From: Solirubrobacterales bacterium
GTDB lineage: Bacteria; Actinomycetota; Thermoleophilia; Solirubrobacterales; Solirubrobacteraceae
Direction: 5' to 3'
DNA length: 60,347 nucleotides
Assembly: GCA_038234375.1 (NCBI GenBank)
Contig: JBBSUL010000001.1
Coordinates: forward strand, 1 to 60,347
Made by a program: the position numbers and the translations under genes. The notes beneath the pieces are model-generated. The model was not told the origin of the DNA. It saw nothing but the letters and a program-made list of their open reading frames with translations, and made no database searches. The first letter of the stretch is position 1; the number at the start of each line of letters is the position of its first letter. Positions 1 through 12,738 of this stretch are shown here, one piece after another.

Positions 1-3591
<3,591 letters not shown>

Positions 3592-3677
3592 GCAACGGTA
3601 CGCAACACGGCCGACGGCCCGTGGTCGCGGTGCCTCACGGTCCTCGCACGCCCCGGTCGCGCGTAGACTCAGGGCCC

Positions 3678-4952
3678 ATGGGCAAGGTCGTCAACCTCGA
3701 CCCCGGCGACGCGCGCGGGTCCACCGGCTCCAAGCGCCCGGACGGCACCCGCCGCCGCAAGCACTCCAAGACGGCGCTCGTGCTGGGGGGAGGGGGCTTC
3801 ACCGGCGGCGTCTACGAGGTCGGGGCGCTGCGGGCGCTGGACCTGCTGTCGGTCAACCGCACGATCAACCAGTTCGACGTCTACGTCGGCACCTCGGCGG
3901 GCGCGATCGTCGCCTCGCTGGTGGCCAACGGCGTGACGCCGGAGGAGATGATGCGGGTCGTCAACCAGCAGGTCCCCACCCCCTTCCGGGACGTGGACCT
4001 GGGCCAGATGCTGCGTCCCAACGTCCGCGAGTTCGCCCGCCGCGGGGTGATGCTGCCCTGGACGCTCGCCGGCCTGGCGCGCGAGCTGATTCCCCGCCTG
4101 GGGACCGTGACGGCGATGGACGTCGTGATGGGGCTGGCGGAGGCGCTGCCCAGCGGCATGTACTCGGGGTCGGGGATCGAGGGCTACGTGCGGACCGTGC
4201 TCCAGGACCCGGACCGCAGTGACGACTTCCGGGCGCTGGAGCGTGAGCTGTATGTCACCGCCACGGACCTGGACACCTGCGAGCGGGTCGTGTTGGGGGC
4301 CGCCGGCTGGGACGACGTGCCGATCTCCACGGCGGTGCGCGCCTCGACGGCGATGCCGATGATCTACAAGCCCGTGAGGGTCCGCGAGCGTGAGCTGGTC
4401 GACGGCGGCATCGTGTCGACCACGAACCTGGACATCGCGGTGGAGGCGGGGGCGAAGTTCATCGTCGTCATCAACCCGCTCGTGCCTTACGTCAACGACT
4501 TCACGGACACGGTGCGCACGCCGCTGGGCTCCCGGGCCCGGCACATCAGCGACATGGGGTTCCCCCAGATCGGCTACCAGGCGTTCAAGCTGCTGGCCTA
4601 CCAGCGCCTGCACGAGATGGCCCGGCAGTGGGAGGACCGCTACCCGGGGGTGGACATCCTCCTCATCGAGCCCGAGCCCGACGACGAGCTCATGTTCCAG
4701 ACGTCGATGATGAACTACACCGCGCGCACCGACATCGCCCGGCACGGATTCCAGTCGGTGACCCTGAAGCTCACCGAGGACTACGACCGCCTGCAGGAGA
4801 TCTGCGAGCGCCACGGCCTGGAGATCTCGGCCACGCGCGTGAGGAAGGTCGTGCAGCACTTCGGGGCCGACGAGCCCGAGCGCACCCGCGCGTGGCGCAA
4901 GATCCTCGAGCAGACGACCGGGGCGCTGCTGCGCCAGTCCTCCGGCGACTGA
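3678..4952 (+). CDS. Patatin-like phospholipase family protein
   Basis: LGGGG oxyanion loop, GTSAG nucleophile, DGG motif; start placed at ATG 3678. Confidence 0.9.
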   Translation: MGKVVNLDPGDARGSTGSKRPDGTRRRKHSKTALVLGGGGFTGGVYEVGALRALDLLSVNRTINQFDVYVGTSAGAIVASLVANGVTPEEMMRVVNQQVPTPFRDVDLGQMLRPNVREFARRGVMLPWTLAGLARELIPRLGTVTAMDVVMGLAEALPSGMYSGSGIEGYVRTVLQDPDRSDDFRALERELYVTATDLDTCERVVLGAAGWDDVPISTAVRASTAMPMIYKPVRVRERELVDGGIVSTTNLDIAVEAGAKFIVVINPLVPYVNDFTDTVRTPLGSRARHISDMGFPQIGYQAFKLLAYQRLHEMARQWEDRYPGVDILLIEPEPDDELMFQTSMMNYTARTDIARHGFQSVTLKLTEDYDRLQEICERHGLEISATRVRKVVQHFGADEPERTRAWRKILEQTTGALLRQSSGD

Positions 4953-4982
4953 CGCCAGACCCGGACCACACGGAGGCCGGGC

Positions 4983-6092
4983 TCAGCCGCGCACGAGCTC
5001 GGCGGCGCGCAGCGTGCGCACCAGCAGCGCCTCGGTCGTCGGGACGGTCATGCGGACCCCGCCAGGGTCCCCGAGCTGGGCTCCCGGCGCCACGACGATG
5101 CCCAGGCGCCGCAGGGCCGCCGCCAGGCCGTCGCCCGTCTGCGCCGGATCGGCGACCCAGAGCACGTTGGCCTGGCTGTTGGGCACCCCGAAGCCCAGGT
5201 CGACGAGCTCGTCGCGCAGCTGCGCGCGCAGCGGCGCCAGGCCGGCCGCCCGGTCCCGGGCCAGCGTGGGCAGGCTGCGCAGCGCCTCCAGCACCCCGGC
5301 CTGGGCGAGCTCGTCGAGCCCGAGCTCGTCCCTCAGGCCGGTCAGCAGCGGCTGGGAGCCGTCCGCGCCCAGCGCGTAGCCGACCCGCAGGCCGGCCAGC
5401 CCCCACGCCTTGGAGAACGTGCGGAACAGCAGCATGCGGGGGTGGTCGTCGAGCAGGCCGACGGTGGCGTCGACGTCCTCGGCGTCGGCGAAGTCGCGCA
5501 GCGCCTCGTCGACGAGCACGACGACGCGCTCGGGCAGCGCGTCGAGCAGGTCCGCCAGCGCGCCTGAGTCCAGCAGCTCCCCGGTGGGATCGTTCGGGTT
5601 GCACAGCGCGACGAGCCGCGTCCTCGGGGTCACGGCGGCGAGGATGGCCTCCGCCGAGAAGCCACGGACGGGGACCGGGTGCGCCCGGGCGCGACGGGCC
5701 ATGAGCGGGTACAGGCCGTAGGACGGCCAGGGGGTGATGAGCTCGTCCGCGGGATCCTCGACCAGGGCCTGCGTCGCGGCGGTGAGCAGTGAGGCGGCGC
5801 CCCCGGCCACGACGATCCGCCCCTCGGGGACGCCATGGCGGACGGCCAGCTCCCCGCGCAGGGCGCCGGCGTCGCGGTCGGTGTAGCGGTGCAGCCCGCG
5901 GCGCGCGACGTAGGTGATCGCGTTGACGACGACCGCGGGCGGGACCTGTGGCCACGTCGTGCGCGCGAGGTCCAGCGGCTCCACCCGGGTCAGCGCCGGG
6001 GCGCGGCGTTCGGCGGCGTCCGCGCGCTTGCCGACGTTGACCTCCTCGTCGGTCAGCGCCTCGAACTGCCGGTAGCGGTCCAGCAGGCCCAT
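4983..6092 (-). CDS. PLP-dependent aminotransferase class I/II (HisC-like)
   Basis: CNPNDPTG, VDEA, TFSKAWGLAGLRVG. Confidence 0.88.
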   Translation of the reverse strand: MGLLDRYRQFEALTDEEVNVGKRADAAERRAPALTRVEPLDLARTTWPQVPPAVVVNAITYVARRGLHRYTDRDAGALRGELAVRHGVPEGRIVVAGGAASLLTAATQALVEDPADELITPWPSYGLYPLMARRARAHPVPVRGFSAEAILAAVTPRTRLVALCNPNDPTGELLDSGALADLLDALPERVVVLVDEALRDFADAEDVDATVGLLDDHPRMLLFRTFSKAWGLAGLRVGYALGADGSQPLLTGLRDELGLDELAQAGVLEALRSLPTLARDRAAGLAPLRAQLRDELVDLGFGVPNSQANVLWVADPAQTGDGLAAALRRLGIVVAPGAQLGDPGGVRMTVPTTEALLVRTLRAAELVRG

Positions 6093-6102
6093 CGGCCGGC
6101 GC

Positions 6103-6579
6103 TCAGGCCTGGCCGGAGACCGACAGCGAGCCCAGGCCGCCGATGAGCAGAAGCCACAGCACGAACGCCGAGCCGCCGACGACGGCGCACACGCCGAAGA
6201 CCGTGCCCAGCACGCCCTCGCGCTGGTCGTGGCCGGCGGCGCGGCGCACGAGGACCCAGGTGTGGTCCAGGCGCTTGAGTCCGGCCAGGCCGCTGAACAG
6301 GACGGCGAGCAGGACGACGAAGCCCAGCAGGATGCCGAGCGACACGCTGCCGGACCGGTACTGGACCTGGGAGGCGACCCACAGCGAGCCGGCGGGGATC
6401 GGGCCCCAGAACAGCAGGTTGAGCAGGATCTGGAGTGTCAGGAGGGCGGCCGCGAGGATGCCGTCGAACCGGCGCCGTGCGGTGGTCCCGGTGTCCGGCA
6501 GCTCCCGGTAGTGCAGCGGCGCCGTCCCCGGCCGACGGCCGACGAACAGCCCTCCGTTGTCGGTCGGGTCGGTGCGCAC
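6103..6579 (-). CDS. Hypothetical membrane protein
   Basis: Three hydrophobic segments; fits between flanking minus-strand genes. Confidence 0.7.
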   Translation of the reverse strand: MRTDPTDNGGLFVGRRPGTAPLHYRELPDTGTTARRRFDGILAAALLTLQILLNLLFWGPIPAGSLWVASQVQYRSGSVSLGILLGFVVLLAVLFSGLAGLKRLDHTWVLVRRAAGHDQREGVLGTVFGVCAVVGGSAFVLWLLLIGGLGSLSVSGQA

Positions 6580-6614
6580 GCCTCTGAGGGTAGCCCGGGG
6601 GCCGCGACGGGCCG

Positions 6615-7379
6615 TCAGATGGGGTTGGGCACGTCGACGAACTCGTGCCGGATCCCGAAGCGCTCGGCGAGCAGGTCCCCCAGGCGGCGGACGCCGAAGG
6701 TCTCGGTGGCGTGGTGGCCGGCGGCCAGGAACGTGATGCCGTAGTCGCGGGCGATGGCCATGGCGCGCTCGGCCGGCTCGCCGGTGACGAAGGCGTCCAG
6801 GCCCAGAGCGATGGCGTCGTGGACGTGGTCGGTCGCCGCGCCCGACACGATGCCCACCGTCCGGACGGGGTCAGGGCCGTCCAGGAAGGCCAGCGGCTCA
6901 TGGCCGCCAGTCGCCTCGCGGACGCGGTCCACCAGAGTCTGTCGGGGGATACCGTCGCCTCCGAACCTGCCGCGTACGCCGAGCGGCTGGCCGCGGTGCT
7001 CGGCGAACGGAGCGACGTCGGCCGCGCCCAGCGCGGCGGCGAGCAGCGCGTTGTTGCCGTGCTCCTGGTGCCCGTCGAGCGGCAGGTGGTAGGCGGCCAG
7101 GGCGATGTCGTGCTCCAGCAGGACGCGCAGGCGCCGCACGGCGACGTGGTCCAGGGTGCGCGGGGCGCCCTCCCAGAACAGCCCGTGGTGGACGAGGACC
7201 AGGTCGGCGTCCAGCGCGGCCGCCCGGTCCAGCAGCTCCTGGTGCGCGGAGACCCCGGTGACGACGGTGGCGACGTCGCCGGTGGCGGCGACCTGCAGGC
7301 CGTTCGGGCAGTAGTCCGCGAACAGCGACGGGGACAACAGATCGTCCAGATGGGCGATGAGTGAGCAGAGATCGGTCAT
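6615..7379 (-). CDS. Nif3-like dinuclear metal centre protein (YbgI family)
   Basis: DYCPNGLQV, VHHG, YHLPLD, GNN, TGE, GHHATETFG; start at ATG 7379. Confidence 0.93.
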   Translation of the reverse strand: MTDLCSLIAHLDDLLSPSLFADYCPNGLQVAATGDVATVVTGVSAHQELLDRAAALDADLVLVHHGLFWEGAPRTLDHVAVRRLRVLLEHDIALAAYHLPLDGHQEHGNNALLAAALGAADVAPFAEHRGQPLGVRGRFGGDGIPRQTLVDRVREATGGHEPLAFLDGPDPVRTVGIVSGAATDHVHDAIALGLDAFVTGEPAERAMAIARDYGITFLAAGHHATETFGVRRLGDLLAERFGIRHEFVDVPNPI

Positions 7380-7477
7380 GAGCGTCGGCGGTGCCTTGTC
7401 GCGGGTCCAAGTCCACGCTACCGTGCGTGCACGCGACGCCGGGGGCCACGCAGGCAGCCGGCGTCGTGTCTGAGGAG

Positions 7478-8980
7478 ATGACCCCGACCGCGACGCCCGC
7501 GTCGCCGCGTCCCGCACCGGTGCGCGGCGCCGGCGAACCCACCGACGTTGATCTTGTCGCCCGCGTTCGCAGGGGGGACGAGGTCGCCTTCGAGCGCCTG
7601 TACGCGCGCTACCAGCGGCCGATCGGCGGCTTCGTCGGCGGCATGGTGCGCGACTCCGGGCGCACCGAGGACATCGTCCAGGAGGTGTTCCTGTCCGCCT
7701 TCCGGCGCCTGCAGGCCACCGAGCAGCCGGTCGTCTTCCGCCCGTGGCTGTTCGAGATCGCACGTAACGCGTCCATCGACCACTTCCGCCGCGCGCAGCG
7801 CGCGCAGGAGGTCTCGATCGACGCCGGGGGCGCGGGGCTCGGTGCCGCCGACCGCGGGCGGCTCGTCACGACGAGCCCCGCCCCCGATGTGGCCGTCGAC
7901 CACAAGGAGTCGCTCGACCATCTGCGGGGCGCGTTCGGCGAGCTCAGCGACGCGCAGCACCAGGTCCTCGTGCTGCGCGAGCTGGAGGGGTGCAGCTACC
8001 GGGAGATCGGCGAGCGCCTGGGCATGAGCCGGCCGTCGGTGGAGTCGACGCTGTTCCGGGCCCGTCGCCGCCTGACCGCCGAGTACGCCGACCTGGCCAG
8101 CGGCGAGCGCTGCGTGCGGGTGCAGCGCATCCTGGCGGCCGCCCCGACCGGCCCCGGCGGAGGCCGCGCGCAGCGACGCCTGGCCGCCCACCTCTCCCAC
8201 TGCCAGCCGTGCCGGCGGGCTGCCCACGAGGCGGGCCTCGACCTCGGCGCGATCGCGCGGCCCGGCCGCTCGGTGCGGACGCGCGTCGCCGCGTTCCTGC
8301 CGCTGCCGGCGTTCCTGCGCCGAGGGTCCGAAACCGGATCCGCGACCGGTACGCCCGGTGCGAGCTCGGGCCACGCCGCCGGCGTGGTGCACTGGTCGGC
8401 GTCCGCAGCATCGACCGACCCTGCGTTCTTCGCGTGGCTGAAGGCGGCGGCCACCGCCGCCACTGTCGCGGCGATCGGGCTCGGCGCCGGGGCCCAGACG
8501 CACGCCGTCGGCGGGCAGCTGGACCGGCTGCTGCCGGACCGGCCCGCGTCCGCGTCGCCGGTCCCGCGGTCCGCCGCCCCGGTGACCGTGTCGCGCCCGG
8601 AACGTGTCGCCGGCGGGGCAGCGGCGGCCGGACCGCCGGTCGGCCCGGCCGCCGCGGGCACGTCGAGCGTGGCGGCGCGGCCGTCCACCGGTGCGACCCC
8701 GCCGAGGACGTCGCCGGCCGGGCCCGGGAAGGGTGCGCCGCCGGTCGTCAAACCGATCCCGAGGCCGCCGGCGAGTGCGCCCGAGAGCCTGCCCGGGGTC
8801 GTCGCCGAGACGCTGGCGGTCCCGGTGCGGCCGCTCCCCGCGGTGACGCCGACGGCCCCGTCGCGGCCGTCCGCGGCACCGTCGCTGATGGAGCAGGTGG
8901 CCGGCGCGACCGTGAAGTCCGAGCAGACGGTGACCAACGCGACCACCGAGACCGCGTTGCCCGCGCCGCCCGTCCCCTGA
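7478..8980 (+). CDS. ECF RNA polymerase sigma factor with fused zinc finger and Pro/Ala-rich tail
   Basis: Region 2 (EDIVQEVF...FRPWLFEIARN), region 4 (SYREIGERLG...STLFRARRRL), HLSHCQPC; GAGGAG RBS directly before ATG 7478. Confidence 0.88.
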   Translation: MTPTATPASPRPAPVRGAGEPTDVDLVARVRRGDEVAFERLYARYQRPIGGFVGGMVRDSGRTEDIVQEVFLSAFRRLQATEQPVVFRPWLFEIARNASIDHFRRAQRAQEVSIDAGGAGLGAADRGRLVTTSPAPDVAVDHKESLDHLRGAFGELSDAQHQVLVLRELEGCSYREIGERLGMSRPSVESTLFRARRRLTAEYADLASGERCVRVQRILAAAPTGPGGGRAQRRLAAHLSHCQPCRRAAHEAGLDLGAIARPGRSVRTRVAAFLPLPAFLRRGSETGSATGTPGASSGHAAGVVHWSASAASTDPAFFAWLKAAATAATVAAIGLGAGAQTHAVGGQLDRLLPDRPASASPVPRSAAPVTVSRPERVAGGAAAAGPPVGPAAAGTSSVAARPSTGATPPRTSPAGPGKGAPPVVKPIPRPPASAPESLPGVVAETLAVPVRPLPAVTPTAPSRPSAAPSLMEQVAGATVKSEQTVTNATTETALPAPPVP

Positions 8981-9030
8981 CGCCCTCGCCGTCGTCCCCG
9001 GCGCGAACGTGGGATACTGCAGGTCCTCAT

Positions 9031-9104
9031 CGGGGCGTGGCGCAGCCTGGTAGCGCGCGCCGTTCGGGTCGGCGAGGTCCCCGGTTCGAATCCGGGCGCC
9101 CCGA
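9031..9104 (+). tRNA. tRNA-Pro (anticodon CGG), CCA not encoded
   Basis: CGGGGCG/CGCCCCG acceptor stem, D arm with TGGTA, anticodon stem CGCCG/CGGCG around TTCGGGT, T loop TTCGAAT. Confidence 0.97.
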
Positions 9105-9144
9105 CTAGGAGCAGACCGCGGTCGACGACCCAGCCGCGGGCAGC

Positions 9145-9181
9145 ACGGAGGCCCTGCGACCGCGGGGCCTTCGTCGTTCTT
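9145..9181 (+). terminator. Probable intrinsic terminator after the tRNA
   Basis: ACGGAGGCCCTGCG/CGCGGGGCCTTCGT stem (with G-U pairs) followed by CGTTCTT. Confidence 0.6.
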
Positions 9182-9331
9182 GGCCGGGTCACGCCACCCT
9201 GGCGTGGTCCCGAGACGGGGTCGCTCGCTGGCGGGTGCTCGTGACGCTCCACCGCGGCAGGCGGACGGTGAACTTCGCCCCGCCCCCCGGTGGCGTCGGC
9301 TCCCACCCGCTGCCGCCGCGCGCTCTTAGCA

Positions 9332-9704
9332 GTGGCCGGCCTGACGCTCGACGCCGGTGCGTTGATCGCCTACGAGCGTGCCGACGCTGGGATGCGCGAG
9401 ATCCTCGCCACCGGTTCGCGCGGGGCATCGTCCCGACGGTTCCGTCGGTGGTCATCGCCGAGACGTGGCGGGGTGACGCCAAGGACGCTCGGGTCGACGG
9501 CTGCTGAAGGCCTGCGTGGTGGAGCCGCTGGACGAGCGCAGAGCCCGCGAAGCCGGGGCCCTACGCCGCCGGGTCGCCAGCGCCGGCGCGATCGACGCGT
9601 GCGTCGCCATCGGGGTCGGCAGGCGGGGCGACGCCGTGGCGACGTCCGACCCGGGGGACATGGAGCGCCTGCTCGGGCCGAGCGCGACGATCCTGCTGGT
9701 GTAG
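9332..9704 (+). pseudogene. PIN-domain (VapC-like) toxin, two frameshifts
   Basis: Three frames join as MAGLTLDAGALIAYER / RGIVPTVPSVVIAETWRG / LLKACVVEPLD...AIDACV...VATSDPGD, giving the PIN acidic residues; no antitoxin seen. Confidence 0.75.
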
Positions 9705-10052
9705 CGGCAGCGTCCCGCCGAGGAGCTGGGCGGCCTACCGTGAGAAACCCTCGGCGGCGACCGGCGTGAGTGCCGTGGCCGTTCGTTGCCTGCGGTGAGC
9801 GGCACGTCATGGGCCGTGCCGGCAACCCGAGCGGCCGATGATCGCGAGGGTGGCCACAGGAGCCCGGAATCCGTCCCTCTCTGTGGCCACCCCGGCCTGT
9901 CGACGCGGATCTCGACCTCGGTTCCGCTGCCCGGCGGGCGGCTGGCCGGCCGGAGGCTGACCGGCTGTCGGCGCGGACGAGGCGGACGTCTGGGGATCGC
10001 CTGGGACCACGTCGATCCGGTTGGGGATCCCCGGCCAGGGTAGACCCGGCCC

Positions 10053-10472
10053 ATGAGCCCTACCGACGACGAGCTGTTCGGCGACGAGCACGTCCGCGCC
10101 TACCAGGAGACCGACGGCGAGCGCGGCTATCACTGGCGGGGTACGACGATCCTGCTGCTGACCACGACCGGCCGGTCGTCGGGCAAGCCGCGCACGACGC
10201 CGTTGATCCACCTCGTCGACGGGGACCGCTACGTGGTCATCGCCTCCAAGGGCGGCGCTCCGGAGGACCCCGACTGGTTCGCCAACATGCAGGCCGACCC
10301 GGTCGCCGAGGTGCAGGTCAAGGCCGACCACGTCCCCGTGGCGATGAGCGTCGCCGAGGGGGACGAGCGCGCCCAGCTGTGGGACGCGATGGTGCAGGTC
10401 TGGCCCGCGTACGTCGAGTACGCCGAGAAGACCGACCGCCAGATCCCGGTCGTCGTGCTCACGCCGCGCTGA
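10053..10472 (+). CDS. Deazaflavin (F420)-dependent nitroreductase family protein (Ddn-like)
   Basis: LLLTTTGRSSGKPRTTPL, ASKGG...PDW, Y...TDRQIPVVVL. Confidence 0.92.
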   Translation: MSPTDDELFGDEHVRAYQETDGERGYHWRGTTILLLTTTGRSSGKPRTTPLIHLVDGDRYVVIASKGGAPEDPDWFANMQADPVAEVQVKADHVPVAMSVAEGDERAQLWDAMVQVWPAYVEYAEKTDRQIPVVVLTPR

Positions 10473-10528
10473 CGCGGATCGGGCGCAACGGTGGTGCGTC
10501 CCGCGCGGCACCGGGTAGGCGGTGACGC

Positions 10529-11413
10529 ATGACGACCAGCGAGAACACCCACACGACCGTCGCCGTGCTCGGTGCCGGCGGCACCATGGGCCTCGGGATG
10601 GCCCGCAACCTGCTGGGTGCCGGCTTCGCCGTCCGCGCCTGGAACCGCACCACCGAGAAGGCACAGCCGCTGGCCGATGACGGCGCGGACGTCTGCGACA
10701 CCGCCGCCGACGCCGTGACCGGGGCCGGCGTCGTGCTGACGATGCTCAGCGACGCCGACGCGGTGCTCGCGACGATGCTCGCCGCGGTCGGCCAGATCGG
10801 CGAGGACGCGGTCTGGGTGCAGGCGAGCACTGTCGGCCTGGAGGGCACCGCGCGCTGTGCGACGCTGGCCACCGAGCACGCCCTCACGCTCGTCGATGCG
10901 CCTGTCCTGGGGACGAAGGCCCCCGCCGAGGCCGGGGAGCTGATCGTCATCGCCGCCGGGCCCGACCGTGCCCGGGCGCGCGTGGAGCCCGTCTTCGACG
11001 CGGTGGGGAAGCGGACGCTGTGGCTGGACGAGGTCGGCGCCCCGACCCGGCTGAAGCTCGCGGTCAACGCGTGGATCCTCACGCTGGTGGAGGGGACGGC
11101 CGAGACCATGGCGCTCGCCGAGGGCCTGGGCCTGGACCCTCAGCTTGTGCTCGACCTCGTGGCCGGCGGGCCGCTGGACGTCCCCTACCTGCAAGCGAAG
11201 GGCAAGGCGATCATCGACCGCGACTTCACGCCGTCCTTCCGCCTGGCCCTGGCGGCCAAGGACGCGGGGCTCGTGCAGGAGGCCGGGCGCCGCCACGACA
11301 TGGACCTGCCGCTGCTGGCCACCATCCGCGCCCGCCTGGACGAGGGCGCGCGCGAGCACGGGGACGAGGACATGATCGCCACCTGGCACACCAGCGCGCC
11401 CGACCGCGGCTGA
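10529..11413 (+). CDS. 3-hydroxyisobutyrate dehydrogenase family NAD(P)-dependent oxidoreductase
   Basis: GAGGTMG Rossmann motif, WNRT, DAPVLG, KLAVN, F.LALAAKD. Confidence 0.9.
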   Translation: MTTSENTHTTVAVLGAGGTMGLGMARNLLGAGFAVRAWNRTTEKAQPLADDGADVCDTAADAVTGAGVVLTMLSDADAVLATMLAAVGQIGEDAVWVQASTVGLEGTARCATLATEHALTLVDAPVLGTKAPAEAGELIVIAAGPDRARARVEPVFDAVGKRTLWLDEVGAPTRLKLAVNAWILTLVEGTAETMALAEGLGLDPQLVLDLVAGGPLDVPYLQAKGKAIIDRDFTPSFRLALAAKDAGLVQEAGRRHDMDLPLLATIRARLDEGAREHGDEDMIATWHTSAPDRG

Positions 11414-11700
11414 CGGGGCGCCGGCCTAGGGCTACCCGGCCGCGCGCAGGGGTGTCCGGTGGGTGCCGAGACGCGCGGGCGCCGTGTCCAGTGAGGTGGA
11501 GCGACCGGTTCAGTCGGGCGTTGCGTACCGGATGTCATAACCGCCAGACCCGAGTGACCCTCATGCTGCAGTCGAGTGTTGGCAACGCGGCGGGTTCCCA
11601 GGCCTCAGGCGCCGTCGGCCGGTCGTGCGCCCGGCAGCGGTACCCTCGACCTGAAGTTAGAGGTCACATAAGTGGAGGTCCCGAGCCCCGCCGAGGGCGT

Positions 11701-12738
11701 TCAGGCGGCGGCGGGGAACGTCCGAACGGGGCCGTGGACGCCGATGCTGACGCGGCTGCCGGGAGCGGGGGCCGGACTGCCGACGACCCGCGCGGAGAGC
11801 CGGACGTCGTCGGGGCCGAGGTCAAGGTCGACCACGGCGTCGTGCCCGTAGAACGTGACGTCGCGGACGTGGGCGGGGACCCCGTCCGGAGCGTCTAGGA
11901 TGAGGTGCTCGGGGCGGATGAGCACCTGGGCCGGACCGGCGGCGACGGAGCCCGTCGCGGTCAGGGAGCCCAGGGCGCAGTGCGCGCGGCCGTCGGCGAC
12001 GTGCGCGGGCAGGATGATGGCCTCGCCGACGAAGCCGGCGATACCGAGGTCGCCGGGAGCGGCGTAGACGTTGGCGGGTGCACCGACCTGGGCGATGCGG
12101 CCGTCGCGCATGACGGCGACGGCGTCGGTGAGCGACAGCGCCTCAGCCTGGTCGTGGGTCACGAGGATCGCGGTGGCCTCGGCGGCTCGCAGCGCGCGGA
12201 GCACGGCGCGCCCGGTCTGCACGCGCAGGTGCGCGTCGAGCGCGGCGAAGGGCTCGTCCAGGAGCACGAGCGAGGGGCGCGGTGCCAGGGTCCGGGCCAG
12301 CGCGACGCGCTGCTGCTGCCCGCCGGAGAGCTGGTGGGGGTAGCGGTCCATCAGGTCCTCGTCCAGTTCGACGAGCGCGAGGAGCTCGCGGACTCGGGAG
12401 CGAGCCCGCCGCTGGGCCCGGGGCAGGCCGAAGGCGACGTTGGCGGCGACGTCCAGGTGCGGGAACAGGGCGCCCTCCTGGGCCACGTACCCGACACGCC
12501 GTCGCTGCGAAGGCACCCACGCGCGGTCGCCGGTGACTGTCTGGCCGGCGATGGCGATGGTGCCCGCCTCCGGGCGCAGGAACCCGGCGATGAGGCGCAG
12601 CAGCGTGGTCTTGCCGCAGCCCGACGGTCCGAGAACGGAGAGCATGGTCTGGTCGGCGACGGCGAGCGCGACGTCGTCCAGGACCGGGCGACCGGGCTCG
12701 AAGCGCATGGACAGCCCGGTGATCGTCAGAGCGCTCAT
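11701..12738 (-). CDS. Fe(III) ABC transporter ATP-binding protein (FbpC-like)
   Basis: GPSGCGKT, LSGGQQQR, LLDEPF, TOBE-like tail; ATG 12738 overlaps the permease stop. Confidence 0.92.
   Translation of the reverse strand: MSALTITGLSMRFEPGRPVLDDVALAVADQTMLSVLGPSGCGKTTLLRLIAGFLRPEAGTIAIAGQTVTGDRAWVPSQRRRVGYVAQEGALFPHLDVAANVAFGLPRAQRRARSRVRELLALVELDEDLMDRYPHQLSGGQQQRVALARTLAPRPSLVLLDEPFAALDAHLRVQTGRAVLRALRAAEATAILVTHDQAEALSLTDAVAVMRDGRIAQVGAPANVYAAPGDLGIAGFVGEAIILPAHVADGRAHCALGSLTATGSVAAGPAQVLIRPEHLILDAPDGVPAHVRDVTFYGHDAVVDLDLGPDDVRLSARVVGSPAPAPGSRVSIGVHGPVRTFPAAA

Noticed and set aside
11648-11665. GACCT-N8-AGGTC as a MerR/SoxR-like operator
   Set aside because: Only 5-bp arms, located between convergent genes with no gene start nearby.
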